DNA of 64,000 nucleotides from assembly GCA_035635575.1 (NCBI GenBank), contig DASQAV010000002.1, positions 1,539 to 65,538 on the forward strand, written 5' to 3'. Positions 18,260 through 28,179 of the stretch are shown piece by piece (the stretch's first letter is position 1; every line of letters starts with the position of its first letter). The notes under the pieces were generated by a model. The model made no database searches. It was not told the origin of the DNA and saw only the letters and a list, made by a program, of their open reading frames with translations. Both the position numbers and the translations under genes were made by a program. This DNA comes from Candidatus Dormiibacterota bacterium (GTDB lineage: Bacteria; Eisenbacteria; RBG-16-71-46; SZUA-252).

Positions 18260-19522
18260 ATGGCCGCGGCCGCCGACGTGAGCACAGGGGGCGTCCATGA
18301 GACGGTCCTCGAGAACGGCCTCACAGTCCTGATCCAGGAGGTGCACGTCGCGCCGGTCGTGTCCTTCATGATCTGGTACAAGGTGGGCTCGCGGAACGAG
18401 AGCGCCGGCTGGACCGGAATCTCGCACCTCCTCGAGCACATGATGTTCAAGGGCACCCCCCGCCACGGAAAGGGCGAGATCGCCCGGCTCCTCCAGCGCA
18501 ACGGCGCCTCCTTCAACGCGGGCACCTCGCTCGACTACACGAACTACTACGAGGTGCTGGCCGCGGACCGGCTGGAGCTCGCCATGGAGATCGAGGCGGA
18601 CCGCATGGCGAACGCGCTCATTCCGGAAGAGGAGCATCGTCTCGAGATGACGGTCGTGCGCTCGGAGCTGGAGCGGAACGAGGACAATCCGCATCGGGCG
18701 CTCTACCAGGACCTGTTTGCCCAGGCCTTCGAGGCGCACCCCTACCACTGGCCGACGATCGGGTGGCGAACCGACGTCGAGGCCATCCGGACCGAGCAGA
18801 TCCGCGAGTACTACAAGAGCCACTACATGCCGAACAACGCCGTGGCCGTGGTCGTGGGGGACGTGGATCGGGAGCGGGCGCTCGCGATGGTGGAGAAGCA
18901 CTTCGGCGGGATCGAGCGCGGAGTGGAGCCTCTCCCTGTCGTGACCGTCGAGCCGCCCCAGCTGGGGGAGCGCCGGTTCAAGATCCAGAAGCCCGGCGAC
19001 ACGCGCTACCTCATGGTGGGCTGGCGAAATCCCGAATTGATCCACGCGGACAATTATGCGCTCGACGTTCTGGGGATCATCCTCGGCCACGGAAAGACCT
19101 CGAGGCTCTACCAATCGCTGGTGGAGGGAAAGCTCGCGACCGAGGCGGAAGCCCAGAACGAGACCGCGCGCGACCCCTTCCTCTTCATCGCACAGGCCAC
19201 GGCGGCTCCCGGCATCCGGCTCGAGCAGCTCGAGGAATCACTGTTCGGACAGACGGAGCGCCTGATGTCGGAGCCTCCGTCCGCGCTCGAGATCGCCCGC
19301 GCCAGGAAGCAGATCCAGGCCTCCTTCGTCTATTCCAGGGACTCCATCCGGAGCCTGGCGCAGCAATTGGGGTACTACGAGGCCGTGGGGTCCTACACCT
19401 ATCTCGATACCTATCTGGACCGGATCGCGGCCGTCCGCCCTGAGGACGTCTCCCGCGTGGCCCGCCAGTACCTGTCGGAGCGAAACCGCACCGTCGGACT
19501 CTATGAACCGATATCCGAGTAG
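18260..19522 (+). CDS. M16 family zinc peptidase (active subunit)
   Basis: HLLEHMMFKGT inverted zincin motif (HxxEH). Start chosen at the ATG after rlmD; the track's start at 18167 overlaps rlmD. Confidence 0.8.
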   Translation: MAAAADVSTGGVHETVLENGLTVLIQEVHVAPVVSFMIWYKVGSRNESAGWTGISHLLEHMMFKGTPRHGKGEIARLLQRNGASFNAGTSLDYTNYYEVLAADRLELAMEIEADRMANALIPEEEHRLEMTVVRSELERNEDNPHRALYQDLFAQAFEAHPYHWPTIGWRTDVEAIRTEQIREYYKSHYMPNNAVAVVVGDVDRERALAMVEKHFGGIERGVEPLPVVTVEPPQLGERRFKIQKPGDTRYLMVGWRNPELIHADNYALDVLGIILGHGKTSRLYQSLVEGKLATEAEAQNETARDPFLFIAQATAAPGIRLEQLEESLFGQTERLMSEPPSALEIARARKQIQASFVYSRDSIRSLAQQLGYYEAVGSYTYLDTYLDRIAAVRPEDVSRVARQYLSERNRTVGLYEPISE

Positions 19523-20837
19523 CGGCTCCGGCACCGCCGTCGCGCGGCCCTCGGCCCGCACCGTGCGTCCGACCCGGGTCGAGCTTCCGAACGGCCTCGT
19601 CGTGATCTTCCAGGAGAATCACGCCAACCCGACCGTGGCCATCCAGGGGCTCGTGAAGGCGGGCGCCATCTTCGATCCCGCGCCGCGGAGCGGTCTCTCC
19701 CGATTCGTCTCGGCGATGCTCGACCGGGGCACGACGAAACGGACCGCCTTCCAGCAGGCGGATGCTCTGGAGACGCTCGGCGCCAGCATCCACTTCGAAG
19801 GGGGCCCGGAAACCATCGGGATCTCCGCGAACATGCTCTCCGAAGACACGGGTACGGTCCTCGAAGTCCTGGCCGACGCGCTCCGGAATCCGTCCTTCAC
19901 GCCGGATCAGATCGAGAAGGCGCGCGACGAGATGCTCGTGCGGGTGAAGATCTCGAACGAGAACACGGCTTACGTCGCGACGAGAACCGCGAACGAGCTG
20001 CTCTATCCGCCCGAGCATCCCTACCACCGGCCGCCCCTGGGAACCGAGCCCACGCTCCGGGCGGTCACGCGGGAGGATCTTCAGGCGTTCCACGCGTCCC
20101 ACTATGGCCCCAACACGGCGGTGCTGGTGCTCGTGGGAGACGTGGATCCCGAGTCCACGCTGGAGCCGGTGAAGCGCGTGCTCTTGGACTGGAGGAAGCT
20201 CCATGCTCCCCCTCCCTTCTCGGTGCCGCGCGCGGGCCCGCCCGAGCGTCCCAGGCGCCGGGTCGTGGCGATGAAAGGAAAGTCCCAGGTCGACGTGGCG
20301 GCCGCTCTTCCCGGAATCGCGCGAACCGACCCCGAGTACTACGCGGCGATGATCATGAACTACGTGCTGGGGGGAGGCTCCCTCTCGAGCCGGCTCATGG
20401 ACCAGCTGCGCGACAAGATGGGCCTGGTATACGGGGTCTATTCGAACCTCCACGCGGGCATCGGGGCCGGGCCCATCCAGGTCCGCGCGGGCACGAACCC
20501 GGCGAACGCCGATCGCACCGCCGAGGCAATGCTCGCCGAGGTGCGGCGAATGCACGAAGAGGGGCCCACCGAGGCCGAGCTGGAGGAAGCGGTGAGCTAT
20601 CTCACGGGAGTCTTTCCCGTCCGCATGGAGACCAACGCGGGCGTGGCCTCGCAGCTTCTCGGAGCCGAGCTCTACGGGCTGGGCATGGACTACATCGAGC
20701 GCTATCCCGGAATCCTCCGTGGGATCCGGATCGAGCACGTGCGCGACGCATCCCGGAAGCACCTTTCTCTCGACGGCTACGCCCTGGCCATGGCGGGGAG
20801 CTACCCGGAGACCACCGAGGCACGGCGAGACGCGTGA
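19503..20837 (+). CDS. M16 family peptidase-like protein (non-catalytic partner)
   Basis: M16 fold (…FDRGTTKRTAFQ…) but lacks HxxEH. 20-nt overlap with the preceding M16 gene. Confidence 0.75.
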   Translation: MNRYPSSGSGTAVARPSARTVRPTRVELPNGLVVIFQENHANPTVAIQGLVKAGAIFDPAPRSGLSRFVSAMLDRGTTKRTAFQQADALETLGASIHFEGGPETIGISANMLSEDTGTVLEVLADALRNPSFTPDQIEKARDEMLVRVKISNENTAYVATRTANELLYPPEHPYHRPPLGTEPTLRAVTREDLQAFHASHYGPNTAVLVLVGDVDPESTLEPVKRVLLDWRKLHAPPPFSVPRAGPPERPRRRVVAMKGKSQVDVAAALPGIARTDPEYYAAMIMNYVLGGGSLSSRLMDQLRDKMGLVYGVYSNLHAGIGAGPIQVRAGTNPANADRTAEAMLAEVRRMHEEGPTEAELEEAVSYLTGVFPVRMETNAGVASQLLGAELYGLGMDYIERYPGILRGIRIEHVRDASRKHLSLDGYALAMAGSYPETTEARRDA

Positions 20838-22132
20838 GACCCGGACTCCGATCCCGATCCAGGCATCTCGCATTCGCGGCGGCGCTCCTTCTCGTCCTCG
20901 CCGGCACGGTCGCCCCCGGATCCGCGCAGGCCAGGCGCATCTTCGTGCCGCGTCAGCACAAGCTCCTCCAATCCGCCATCGACGCCGCGCGCGCGGGAGA
21001 TACGGTGTGGGTCGCGGCGGGTACCTACTACGGCCCGCTCGTGTTGAAGAAGCAGATCGTCCTCTTCGGCGACGGAGGACCGGACAAGACGATTCTCGAC
21101 GGCAAGGGCAATGCGCGCGTGCTCCACGTGGAAGGGATCTCGCGCGGGGCCATCGTCGGGTTCCGGATCCAGAATGGAAAGGCCGCCGGCGGCAGCGGCA
21201 TCTACTGCCTGCGCGACACGGCGTTCCTCATCGCGGGCTGCAAGATCCGGGATAACTGGGAGGCCGGGGTCGCCACGTGGCAATGCGCCCCGCTCCAGAT
21301 CGTGGAGTCCGAGATCACCGGAAACAAGGGGAGCGGCGTGACCGCGAACGACTCGCGCATCCAGATGATCCGGGTGCTCGTTCGCGGGAACGAGAGCCCC
21401 ACGGGAGGAGGGATGGCGCTCACCTCCTCCGAGGTGATCCTCCGCGATTGCAAATTCGAGGAGAATCGCGCGTCGGACGGCACCGGGGGGGGAATCTACG
21501 GTGAGGATGATTCCTCGATCCGCACGTTGAACTGCGTTTTCCGCGGCAACCGCGCGGCGGCGGGAGGCGGAGCGATCGCGGGCAGGGACAGCAGCGATGT
21601 CCGCATCCGGACGACGCTATTCGCCGAGAACCATGCCTCGACCGGCGGGGCCATCCTCACGGACATGTGCACGCTCGACCTCATGTCGTCCATTTTCACC
21701 AAGAACCGGTCGACCACGGCGGGATCCGCGCTCCAGATCATGGGCCGGCGCGTCGCCGGCGTGAACCCGCTCATCTCCATGAATACCTTCTACCGGAATG
21801 GCGTCGAGGCGCCGGACGGCGCCGCCATCTTCTCCATGGACGTGGCGCCGGAGATCGTCCGCAACATCTTCGTCGTGGACAGCACCGAGAAGAACCGCGC
21901 GGTGCTCGAGATGCGAGGCGTGCCGCGCTACGAATGCAATCTGGTGTACTCCCCGGACGGCCCGCTCGCCCCGCCGACCGCGACGACCATCGTCGGGAAT
22001 CCCTCCTTCTGCGACGCGGAGAAGGAAGACTTTCACCTGAGGGACCTGAGCCCCGCCCTCGTCGGCCCCTGCGGAAGGCTTGGTGCGCTGGGGAAAGGCT
22101 GCACCACCTTCCGGATGCTCCCCAGCCAGTAG
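20834..22132 (+). CDS. secreted right-handed parallel beta-helix repeat protein
   Basis: GTG overlaps the upstream stop (GTGA). Signal peptide, then repeated G-rich beta-helix rungs (NGKAAGGSGIY, NKGSGVTAN, GGGMALTS, GTGGGIYGE, AAGGGAIAG). Confidence 0.6.
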   Translation: MRPGLRSRSRHLAFAAALLLVLAGTVAPGSAQARRIFVPRQHKLLQSAIDAARAGDTVWVAAGTYYGPLVLKKQIVLFGDGGPDKTILDGKGNARVLHVEGISRGAIVGFRIQNGKAAGGSGIYCLRDTAFLIAGCKIRDNWEAGVATWQCAPLQIVESEITGNKGSGVTANDSRIQMIRVLVRGNESPTGGGMALTSSEVILRDCKFEENRASDGTGGGIYGEDDSSIRTLNCVFRGNRAAAGGGAIAGRDSSDVRIRTTLFAENHASTGGAILTDMCTLDLMSSIFTKNRSTTAGSALQIMGRRVAGVNPLISMNTFYRNGVEAPDGAAIFSMDVAPEIVRNIFVVDSTEKNRAVLEMRGVPRYECNLVYSPDGPLAPPTATTIVGNPSFCDAEKEDFHLRDLSPALVGPCGRLGALGKGCTTFRMLPSQ

Positions 22133-22372
22133 CCCCATCGCCGGAGTTTTCGCCCGCCTCCGCGTTTTTTCCGCATCGCTACGCGTTTTTTGGCACGCCA
22201 TCAATAGATTTCCCGGTCGACATGGGATTAGACTTTTTGTGGGAGGAGGCCGGCCGGAGGCCGATGGCTCCCCACGCATGCTCGTTCTGCCGGGAACTTT
22301 AGGGGGCTTCGGGCGGTAGTGCTTCGTGAGGCTTTGGTGGCCGTGTAAGTGTATGTCCCGCAAGGAGGTCAA

Positions 22373-23254
22373 ATGAAGGTGCTCGAGATGATGCCGATCG
22401 GCGCAGCTGTGTTCGCGCTGAGCCTGGGCCTCTCATCGGTCGCTCCCTCCCCCGCTCGCGCGGATGACGACTGGGGAAAAGGTGACAAGAACCTCATCCG
22501 AATCGTGCAGGAGGACCAGGATAACGATCGAGACAGCGATCGAGTGTCCAGCTCCTCCGGCTATCTGGGGGTCCAGGTTCAGCGGCTGAGCGCCTCGCTT
22601 CGCAGAGCGAAAGGCATCCCCGAGGCGACCGAAGGCTCCCTGGTGAGCAACGTCGAGGACCAGAGCCCCGCGGACGATGGCGGCATCAAGCGCGGTGACG
22701 TGATCCTGGAAGTGAATCGTCAGTCCACGCCCAGCCCGAACGATCTCGTCCGGGTCGTGCGCGACCTCGAGCCCGGACGCAGAGTCCCGGTGCAGATCTG
22801 GCGCGACGGCGTCACCCGCACCGTGACGCTCACGGTCGGAACGCGCCCGGCGGGCGCCGATGCTCCACCCCGGGCGCCGGAGCCACCGGACGCTCGCGGC
22901 GATGCGCCGGACCCGCGTGATGTGCCGGACGTGCGCAGCGTGCCGGACGTGCGCGGCATGCCCGACATGCGCGGCATGCCCGATGGCAGCCGGATGCAGA
23001 TCCTCCGCCGCAACCGGGATGATCTCCAGCGGCAGCTCCAGGACATCCACGAGATGTTGTCCCGGCTGCGCGACGTGGACCTGGCCAGACTCGAACGAGA
23101 GATCCAGCAGCTTCGCTCCGAGCTACAGCGTGGCGGCGCGCTGGAGCGTCGGAACCGCGATAACGAGGAGCGCGATCGCGGCGATCGCCAACGCGACCAG
23201 AATGAACGCGACAACAAGGATCGTGAACAGGACCACAGCAACGACGGCGATTAG
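22373..23254 (+). CDS. secreted PDZ-domain protein with low-complexity repeats and Asp/Arg-rich tail
   Basis: AAGGAGG Shine-Dalgarno. Signal peptide. PDZ motif GYLGVQVQ…GDVILEVN. VPDVR/GMPDMR tandem repeats encoded by 15-nt DNA repeats at ~22905-22985. Coiled-coil, then an RD/ER-rich tail. Confidence 0.6.
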   Translation: MKVLEMMPIGAAVFALSLGLSSVAPSPARADDDWGKGDKNLIRIVQEDQDNDRDSDRVSSSSGYLGVQVQRLSASLRRAKGIPEATEGSLVSNVEDQSPADDGGIKRGDVILEVNRQSTPSPNDLVRVVRDLEPGRRVPVQIWRDGVTRTVTLTVGTRPAGADAPPRAPEPPDARGDAPDPRDVPDVRSVPDVRGMPDMRGMPDGSRMQILRRNRDDLQRQLQDIHEMLSRLRDVDLARLEREIQQLRSELQRGGALERRNRDNEERDRGDRQRDQNERDNKDREQDHSNDGD

Positions 23255-23273
23255 CTCCTGAGAGAACGCAGTC

Positions 23274-23336
23274 TGGCGGGTGGGTGTTTCCATTGGACGG
23301 TTCTAGCCCATCGAAAACCGTTCAAGCCCACCCGCC
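23274..23336 (+). terminator. nested GC-rich stem-loop downstream of the PDZ gene
   Basis: GGCGGGTGGG … CCCACCCGCC outer stem enclosing a GGACGGTT…AACCGTTC inner stem. No U tract. Confidence 0.2.
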
Positions 23337-23527
23337 TCTCCCTATCAAAAGAACTGGACCGCGGCGGCCCTCGCGGGTAGCATGCGGGCGCTCGGCGTTA
23401 CCAAGCTGCGCCGCGTATGCTTTTTGCTACATATCGGAGTGCCCAGTCCGATAAGCCTGGAGGAGACATCCCCTTGTCTCTTTCGCGCAAGTCTCAGTGA
23501 CCCGCACGGATGAGGGCTGGGAGAATC

Positions 23528-24538
23528 ATGCGCTATCGACGATTCGTCGCTTCGCTGACTTGTGGAGTGCTTGTAACACTGACGCTTTCGGTGCACGTTC
23601 CGGAAGCCTCGGCGCAGCAATCTGCACGTTCCGGAGGCTCGGAGCCCACGCGGCTGGCGTCTGCTTCCAGCTCGCGCGCCTCCAGGAAGCAGGTGCGGCC
23701 GCGCCGGCATCGCAGGACGCGGAGGCTCCGCCGCCAGGCCACCTTCTCCCTGCCGCAAGTGACGCGTTACGGGATTCCCCGGCTTCACGCGAAGGCGGCC
23801 TTCGTCGTGGACGCCACCAGCAACAAGGTGCTCTTCCAGAAAAACCCCACGGAGCTGTACCCCATCGCCAGCCTCACCAAGCTCATGACCGCCCTCGTCT
23901 ATTTCCAGACGAAGCCGCAGTTCGATCAGGTGGTCGAGATCGCGCCCGATGACGTACGGCATTCCAGCAGGTCCCACATCCGGGCGCGCGAGGACATCAC
24001 CGTGCGCGATCTCCTGCACGCGTCGCTCATGGCCTCGGACAACGTGGCCACGAAGGCGCTCGTCCGTTCGTGCGGCCTGCCGCGCGAGGAGTTCGTCCGG
24101 AGGATGAACGCCATGGCGGATTCCATGAACCTGACCGGGACGCATTTCGTCGAGCCCACGGGACTGGACGAACAGAATGTCGCGACCGCCCAGGCCATCG
24201 CGACGCTTCTCCGGACCGCGGCCAGCAATCCGGTCGTCGGCTCCATCATGCAGAAACAGACCTATACCTTTGCTTCGAACCGGAAGCTCCATCGGCTCGT
24301 GAACACCAACCGGCTGCTCAAGAGCAAGTGGCGCATCACGGGAGGGAAGACGGGATTCATCAGCGAGGCGGGCTACTGCTTCGCGACGATGGTCGAGACC
24401 CCGTCGGGAACGGAAGTGACCGCGGTCCTGCTCGGCGCTCCCAGCAATCGCCTCCGCTTCGCGGAGGCAAGACGGATGCTCGACTGGACCTTCCGATTCG
24501 GGCTGCCGCAGGCTGCTGCGGCGAATGGCGGCGAATAG
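23528..24538 (+). CDS. D-alanyl-D-alanine carboxypeptidase (peptidase S11, PBP5-like)
   Basis: Signal peptide. SxxK motif IASLTKLMT; SDN (ASLMASDNVA); KTG (GGKTGF). Confidence 0.8.
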   Translation: MRYRRFVASLTCGVLVTLTLSVHVPEASAQQSARSGGSEPTRLASASSSRASRKQVRPRRHRRTRRLRRQATFSLPQVTRYGIPRLHAKAAFVVDATSNKVLFQKNPTELYPIASLTKLMTALVYFQTKPQFDQVVEIAPDDVRHSSRSHIRAREDITVRDLLHASLMASDNVATKALVRSCGLPREEFVRRMNAMADSMNLTGTHFVEPTGLDEQNVATAQAIATLLRTAASNPVVGSIMQKQTYTFASNRKLHRLVNTNRLLKSKWRITGGKTGFISEAGYCFATMVETPSGTEVTAVLLGAPSNRLRFAEARRMLDWTFRFGLPQAAAANGGE

Positions 24539-24541
24539 CGC

Positions 24542-26044
24542 GTGCGGGCCCCCGGCATAACCGCCGGCCTTCGACCCCACCCCCTCCAAGCCACGCTCGT
24601 ATTCGCTTCGCTTCTCCCCGCGCTCTTTCTGCTTCCCCTGCCGGCCGCGGCCGATGAGCCTCCGCCGATCGCGTCGGCCTTCGTCTTCCCCGTCGGTGAC
24701 GAGCTGGACTTCAAGAAGCCGGCCGCGGGCGAGCCCAACGGCTTCCATGTAACCGACCCGTATCTGAAAGTCCGGAAATCGCGCAAGCATCGCCCTCAGC
24801 GCGTCCACTACGGCGTGGATCTCTCCGGCAGCGCGGGCGGCCTCCTGGTGCGGGCGATCGCGGCCGGAGTCGTCGAGATCAGTGATGCCAACGCCCTCGT
24901 CAAGGTCCGCAGGCCGCAAAAAGTAAAGCTCCCGACGGTCGTGAATGGGAAGAGGATCTACGCATGGGGAGTCCGATACCGGACGGTCTGGAAATGGCGC
25001 ACGGGTTGGGGAAACCGCATCGTGATCCGGCACACGCTCCCGGACGGACAGGTGGTCTATTCCCTCTACGCGCACCTCATGTCGCGATCGGTCCTCGTTC
25101 GCGCGGGGGAGCCGGTCGCGGCCGGGCAGCCCATCGCGAAGGTGGGCAGGACAGGCCGCGCCACGGCGCCCCACCTCCACCTCGAGATCCGGACCACGCG
25201 CCTCGACGAAGCCGCCGAGATCTCCGATCCCGACGACTCCGAGGTCACCGACGAAGGCGAGACGGCGGAGCGCCCGGAGACCGAGCTTCCGCACACGGTG
25301 GATCCGCTCGCCTTCCTGGTGGACCACGTGCTCCGGTTCGAGGATCTGGAGCCCGGGAGCTGGCAGGTGCGCTATGCCCTTCCCGCCGTTAAGGACGGCG
25401 TGATGAGCTGCGACCGGGGACGCTTCGATCCGGACGAGGCCGTGACGCGGGCTGAATTCTACGCCGCGCTCGTGGCTTCGTTCCGCCTGGGGACGGGCTT
25501 CACGAAGAACGAGTACGATTCGCAGGTGGACGCCCTCATCGACACGGGCATTCTCGACAGCTCCGCGCGGCATCAGAATCGACGGGACCCCATCGAGCGC
25601 TCGGACGCGCTGGAGCTGGTGCTGCGGTGCCTCGACCGGGGAGCGGCCCGGGCGCTCAGCATGAGCCGCATCCCCGGGGAGCAGCTGGCCCGTGATTTCA
25701 ACGCGGAGTTCGCGGGCCGGGACGCGGCGAACGAGGCGGAGCAGGAAGCGCGAAGGCTGGCGGCCGGGGAGACGGCGGAGCTCAGGAAGGCCGCGGCCGC
25801 GCGGGACGAGCGCCGCGCCAAGGCGGCACTCGAGCGCGGGGCACCTCCGCCCAAGAAGCGGACCAAGGTCGAGGCGGTGAAGCCCGTGCCCATGCTCGAC
25901 CCGGGTTTCGATTCGCTCGCGCAATCGAAGGAGAACCTCTCGCGGGCCGAAGTATGCCTGCTCCTCGCGTCGACCCTTCGCATCGGATCCGCGAACGTCT
26001 CGGCCCTCCAGCGCGCGGCCTCGCGCGCCGCGAAGACGGGCTAG
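24542..26044 (+). CDS. M23 family metallopeptidase with SLH-like motif
   Basis: HYGVDL and HLHLEI LytM motifs. VTRAEFYAAL resembles an S-layer-homology motif. Signal peptide. Charged coiled-coil tail. Confidence 0.7.
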   Translation: MRAPGITAGLRPHPLQATLVFASLLPALFLLPLPAAADEPPPIASAFVFPVGDELDFKKPAAGEPNGFHVTDPYLKVRKSRKHRPQRVHYGVDLSGSAGGLLVRAIAAGVVEISDANALVKVRRPQKVKLPTVVNGKRIYAWGVRYRTVWKWRTGWGNRIVIRHTLPDGQVVYSLYAHLMSRSVLVRAGEPVAAGQPIAKVGRTGRATAPHLHLEIRTTRLDEAAEISDPDDSEVTDEGETAERPETELPHTVDPLAFLVDHVLRFEDLEPGSWQVRYALPAVKDGVMSCDRGRFDPDEAVTRAEFYAALVASFRLGTGFTKNEYDSQVDALIDTGILDSSARHQNRRDPIERSDALELVLRCLDRGAARALSMSRIPGEQLARDFNAEFAGRDAANEAEQEARRLAAGETAELRKAAAARDERRAKAALERGAPPPKKRTKVEAVKPVPMLDPGFDSLAQSKENLSRAEVCLLLASTLRIGSANVSALQRAASRAAKTG

Positions 26045-26077
26045 CCTTCCCAGGGCGGCGCTGGCATTGTCGGCGCC

Positions 26078-27343
26078 GTGACCACTTCGACCCCATCGCT
26101 TCGCCCCACCCTCGTACGGGGCGAGGGCGTCCACGTCTGGGACGCCGACGGCCGGCGCTATCTCGACGCGATCTCGGGATCCTTCGCGGTGCAGCTGGGC
26201 TATGGCCGCGCCGATCTCGTCCGCGCGCTGACGGAAGCCGCCTCCCGCCTGCCGTACGCCCGCCCCTCCCGATTCGAGAGTGCGGAGTCGGAGGCCTATG
26301 CGGAAGAGCTGCTGCTCGCCGCGGGTCCCCCCTACAAGCGCGCGTTGTTCACATCGTCGGGCAGCGAGGCGGTGGAGGTCGCGCTGAAGGCGGCGCACCG
26401 GTATCAGAGCGCGAAGGGCCGCCCCGGCCGGACCCGGATCACACACCTGCGCGGCCACTTCCACGGGGCCACGCTCGCCGCTCTGGGAGTCACCGACTAC
26501 CGGCCGCGACGCGACGCGTATGACGCGATCCTCGCCGGTGGACCCGCCTTCGATGAGGGTGCCGCCGATCTCGAGGGCGAGCTTGGGTCCGCGGCAGCGC
26601 TCATCGCCGAGACCATCCCGGCCGTGGGCCGCGGGGCTTCGTTGCCGCGGCCCGGATTTCTTCGGGAAGTCCGCCGCGCGTGCGACCGCCAGGATGCGCT
26701 CTGGATCGCGGATGAGATCCTGACGGGATTCGGCCGCGTCGGATCCCTCTTCGCCTGGAAGCGATTGGCGGAGGATTCCAGGGAGCCCGAGGCCAAGCCG
26801 GACATCGTCGTGTTCGGGAAGGGAGCGGGTGCCGGATACGCGGCGATCGCGGGCGTCTTGCTGGCGGAACGTGTTGCCGCCGTGCTCGACGCGGCGCCAG
26901 GGGGAGCGTTCTCGCATGCCCAGACCTACGGCGGACACGCGCCCGCGTGCGCCGTGGGAAGGCGCGTGCTCGCCGCCATGCGCGAGGAGAAGATCGAGGC
27001 GCGGGTGCGCGAGAAGGAGGGGGCGCTTCGTGACGCTTGGACCGCGCTCTCGGCCCATCCTCACGTGCTGGACGTCCGGGGCCTGGGCTTTCTCTGGGGG
27101 ATGGTGCTCAGGAAGGACCGGGAAAGCGGGAAGCCCTTCCCGCGCGAGCGCAAAATTGCCGAGCGCGTGGAGGCAGCCTGCCGCGACCGGGGCCTCCTCG
27201 TGTTCTCGGGCTCAGGCTCCCACGACGGGAATCTCGGCGATCACCTCCTGATTGGACCGCCGCTCGTCTCGGACGCTCACCACTTTCCTCAGATCGCGAT
27301 CGGGATCAGGGAGTCTCTGGACGCGGTGATGCGCGATACGTGA
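26078..27343 (+). CDS. class-III (omega) aminotransferase, PLP-dependent
   Basis: GTG start. DEILTGFGRVG and FGKGAGAGY (PLP-Lys) motifs. Confidence 0.75.
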   Translation: MTTSTPSLRPTLVRGEGVHVWDADGRRYLDAISGSFAVQLGYGRADLVRALTEAASRLPYARPSRFESAESEAYAEELLLAAGPPYKRALFTSSGSEAVEVALKAAHRYQSAKGRPGRTRITHLRGHFHGATLAALGVTDYRPRRDAYDAILAGGPAFDEGAADLEGELGSAAALIAETIPAVGRGASLPRPGFLREVRRACDRQDALWIADEILTGFGRVGSLFAWKRLAEDSREPEAKPDIVVFGKGAGAGYAAIAGVLLAERVAAVLDAAPGGAFSHAQTYGGHAPACAVGRRVLAAMREEKIEARVREKEGALRDAWTALSAHPHVLDVRGLGFLWGMVLRKDRESGKPFPRERKIAERVEAACRDRGLLVFSGSGSHDGNLGDHLLIGPPLVSDAHHFPQIAIGIRESLDAVMRDT

Positions 27344-27375
27344 CCACCTGAACTTTCTCTCGTACAATCGTACCG

Positions 27376-28179
27376 ATGAATCCAAATCCGCCGATCAAGA
27401 GCCAGCGCAGCATGACAGCACTTCTCGCGGGCGGCGCGATCCTCGTATGCGCCTCCGTCCTGGGATGCGCCGCCGACTCGGAGCTCAAGCGATACGACCC
27501 CTCCCTGAACGAGATCGACCTCCGCCAGGGAAAGATCGCGGACATGGGCGTGGTGAAATTCCAGGAGCCCGATCAGATTCGCCCGCCGCTCATCGCCACC
27601 CTGGAGCGAACCTTCCGCGAGGAGCGTCCGGATCTGACCGTGCTCCCGGCCGACAGCGTGCGGCACCTCCTCGGCGGCGAGCGCTACCGGAAGCTCATGC
27701 TCGGCTACGAATACCAGGGCACCCTCGACGGCCCGGCCCTGAGCGAGATCTCCGATTCGCTGCGTGGGGCGGCGCGCTTCCTTCTTCTCGCCCGCGTCGT
27801 GAAGGACCGCACCCGGAGCTCGGCCCGCGGCATGGCCCAGGGCGATACCGGATTGTCCTCGGCCTCCTATGCCATGGGGATCACGGGGCGCGATGCGCAG
27901 GTGGTCATCCATCTCTACGATCTTTCGAGGAGGAGCCTGGCAGTGACCGCGAGACTCGACGGCTCGAGCGAGAACTCGAGGCCCGTGCTCTCGCCGATCC
28001 GCCCTGGCTCCAGCGGGACGGTGGAGCTGGGGAGGGTCGTGCCTCCGGAGGAGACCGGGTACCCCGCCTCCCCCGAGCTGGCCCAGGCGGTCGAGGACCC
28101 GTTCCGCACGTTCGCGAAGACGCTGCCCGGCACTCCCTTGCCGGCCGGCGCCCCCCAGCCGGTGCCTGCTCGGCGCTAG
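27376..28179 (+). CDS. lipoprotein, hypothetical
   Basis: Lipobox VLGC after a hydrophobic signal. No known domain recognised. An alternative ATG lies at 27412. Confidence 0.5.
   Translation: MNPNPPIKSQRSMTALLAGGAILVCASVLGCAADSELKRYDPSLNEIDLRQGKIADMGVVKFQEPDQIRPPLIATLERTFREERPDLTVLPADSVRHLLGGERYRKLMLGYEYQGTLDGPALSEISDSLRGAARFLLLARVVKDRTRSSARGMAQGDTGLSSASYAMGITGRDAQVVIHLYDLSRRSLAVTARLDGSSENSRPVLSPIRPGSSGTVELGRVVPPEETGYPASPELAQAVEDPFRTFAKTLPGTPLPAGAPQPVPARR

Noticed and set aside
22191-22210. sigma54-like TGGCAC element upstream of the PDZ gene
   Set aside because: TGGCAC is followed by gccat-CAATAG rather than N5-TTGC, so it is not a valid -24/-12 promoter.
23345-27064. 1239-aa minus-strand ORF
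   Set aside because: Antisense to four well-supported plus-strand genes (PBP5-like, M23, aminotransferase).
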